From: Takakia lepidozioides
Taxonomy: Eukaryota > Plantae > Bryophyta
Reading direction: 5' to 3'
Assembly (NCBI GenBank): GCA_030704615.1
Contig: CM060731.1
Location: 20,522,001 to 20,586,000 of the forward strand
Length of the DNA stretch: 64,000 nt
In this document: in pieces, positions 63,495-64,000 of the stretch
How positions within the stretch are numbered: position 1 is the stretch's first letter
Layout of the letters: each line of letters begins with the position of its first letter
Notes under the pieces: generated by a model
Seen by the model: only the letters and a program-made list of their open reading frames with translations
Databases searched by the model: none
What the model was told of the DNA's origin: nothing
Program-made: the position numbers and the translations under genes

Positions 63495-64000
63495 CCTCCC
63501 ACAACCCATCCTTGTGTGTGCGCTGGAAAATTCAAGCTTGCAGTCCGAAATGGGTTGGACGACTTCCTGAAATGGGTCCTTAAGCATTTTGAGGTCTACT
63601 TTTGGAACACTGGACCATTAGAAAATGTCCTGGATATAGGGCTGGCTTTGTTTGGAAGAAGGTTTTACAAGGTCAGGGAATTCAGTAATGAGAACTGCGT
63701 GAAGCATAGACAGACGTTCAGTGCCGAATGGCCCAAATATCCGAAAGCGCCAATATATCTTAAACGTCTCTACGACCTTTTCACTGTAAACGACCCTGTA
63801 GCATACAAATCAAACACACTTCTTATCGACACTGTAGAAAATATGTATAAGTCGTACTTGAACCCAAAGTCGTTCGGTATCTTCCTTCCAAAATATAAAA
63901 CACTCGTCGACCCATACAAGGACACGTTTCTTCTCGATGAACTCAAACTGCACCTGGAAGAGTTGCGGTTATCCGGAAAAGACGCTGATATATTCAATGT
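63495..64000 (+). pseudogene. FCP1/SCP-homology (NIF, HAD-fold CTD-phosphatase-like) domain, N-truncated, open to window end
   Basis: Manual translation: KLAVRNGLDDFLKWVLKHFEVYFWNTG..ENC..PIYLKRLYDLF..YKSNTLLIDTVENMYKSYLNPKSFGIFLPKY..DELKLHLEEL. This matches the NIF pattern RP..DEFL....FEV..WS..LKEL..NTLLIDD.PYK..NP...IF. The DxDxT motif is absent at an out-of-frame junction with the ParB-like gene. Confidence 0.75.

Larger units (their letters stand above)
50900..64000. mobile_element. Large decayed multi-gene DNA transposon (DUF7869/Sola-like), extends beyond window
   Basis: Transposase on the minus strand, three divergent accessory genes on the plus strand, all linked by a shared 24-bp palindrome. 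Termini were not identified, so boundaries are approximate. Confidence 0.65.

Overview
Nuclear DNA of a land plant, most consistent with a non-seed lineage. This rests on spliceosomal introns, TTTAGGG telo-boxes, PLS-class PPRs and a fungal-type fucose permease; the species cannot be fixed from sequence. A host-gene core lies between TE-rich, gene-capturing blocks. The core holds an intronless FucP-type MFS permease, DPH3 head-to-head with REV1, an At1g53645-like mitochondrial protein carrying two extra PPR motifs, and a CCR/DFR-like pseudogene. The left block (1-13 kb) has scrambled PPR pseudogenes, captured exons, a CACTA right end and a hAT MITE. The right block (44-64 kb) has a second hAT MITE, an intronless cage-less EBS/SHL-like BAH-PHD ORF, a Helentron remnant, a 212-bp telomere-like satellite and a large decayed DNA element (about 50.9 kb to beyond the window end). 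That element is the best candidate for an undescribed system. It has a DUF7869/Sola-like DDD transposase on the minus strand. Transcribed divergently from it are a protein with Pol II CTD-like YSPASP repeats, a ParB/DGQH-fold protein and an FCP1/SCP-like CTD-phosphatase domain. A 24-bp palindrome (AACCTCCACTG-GG/CC-CAGTGGAGGTT) occurs five times plus two half-sites, found only in its introns/UTRs. The transposase is split by a 4.19-kb Pack-CACTA (ACA TSD) that carries PPR pieces fused to an unidentified ~190-aa repeated domain. All family assignments are from motif recognition by eye; no database search was run.
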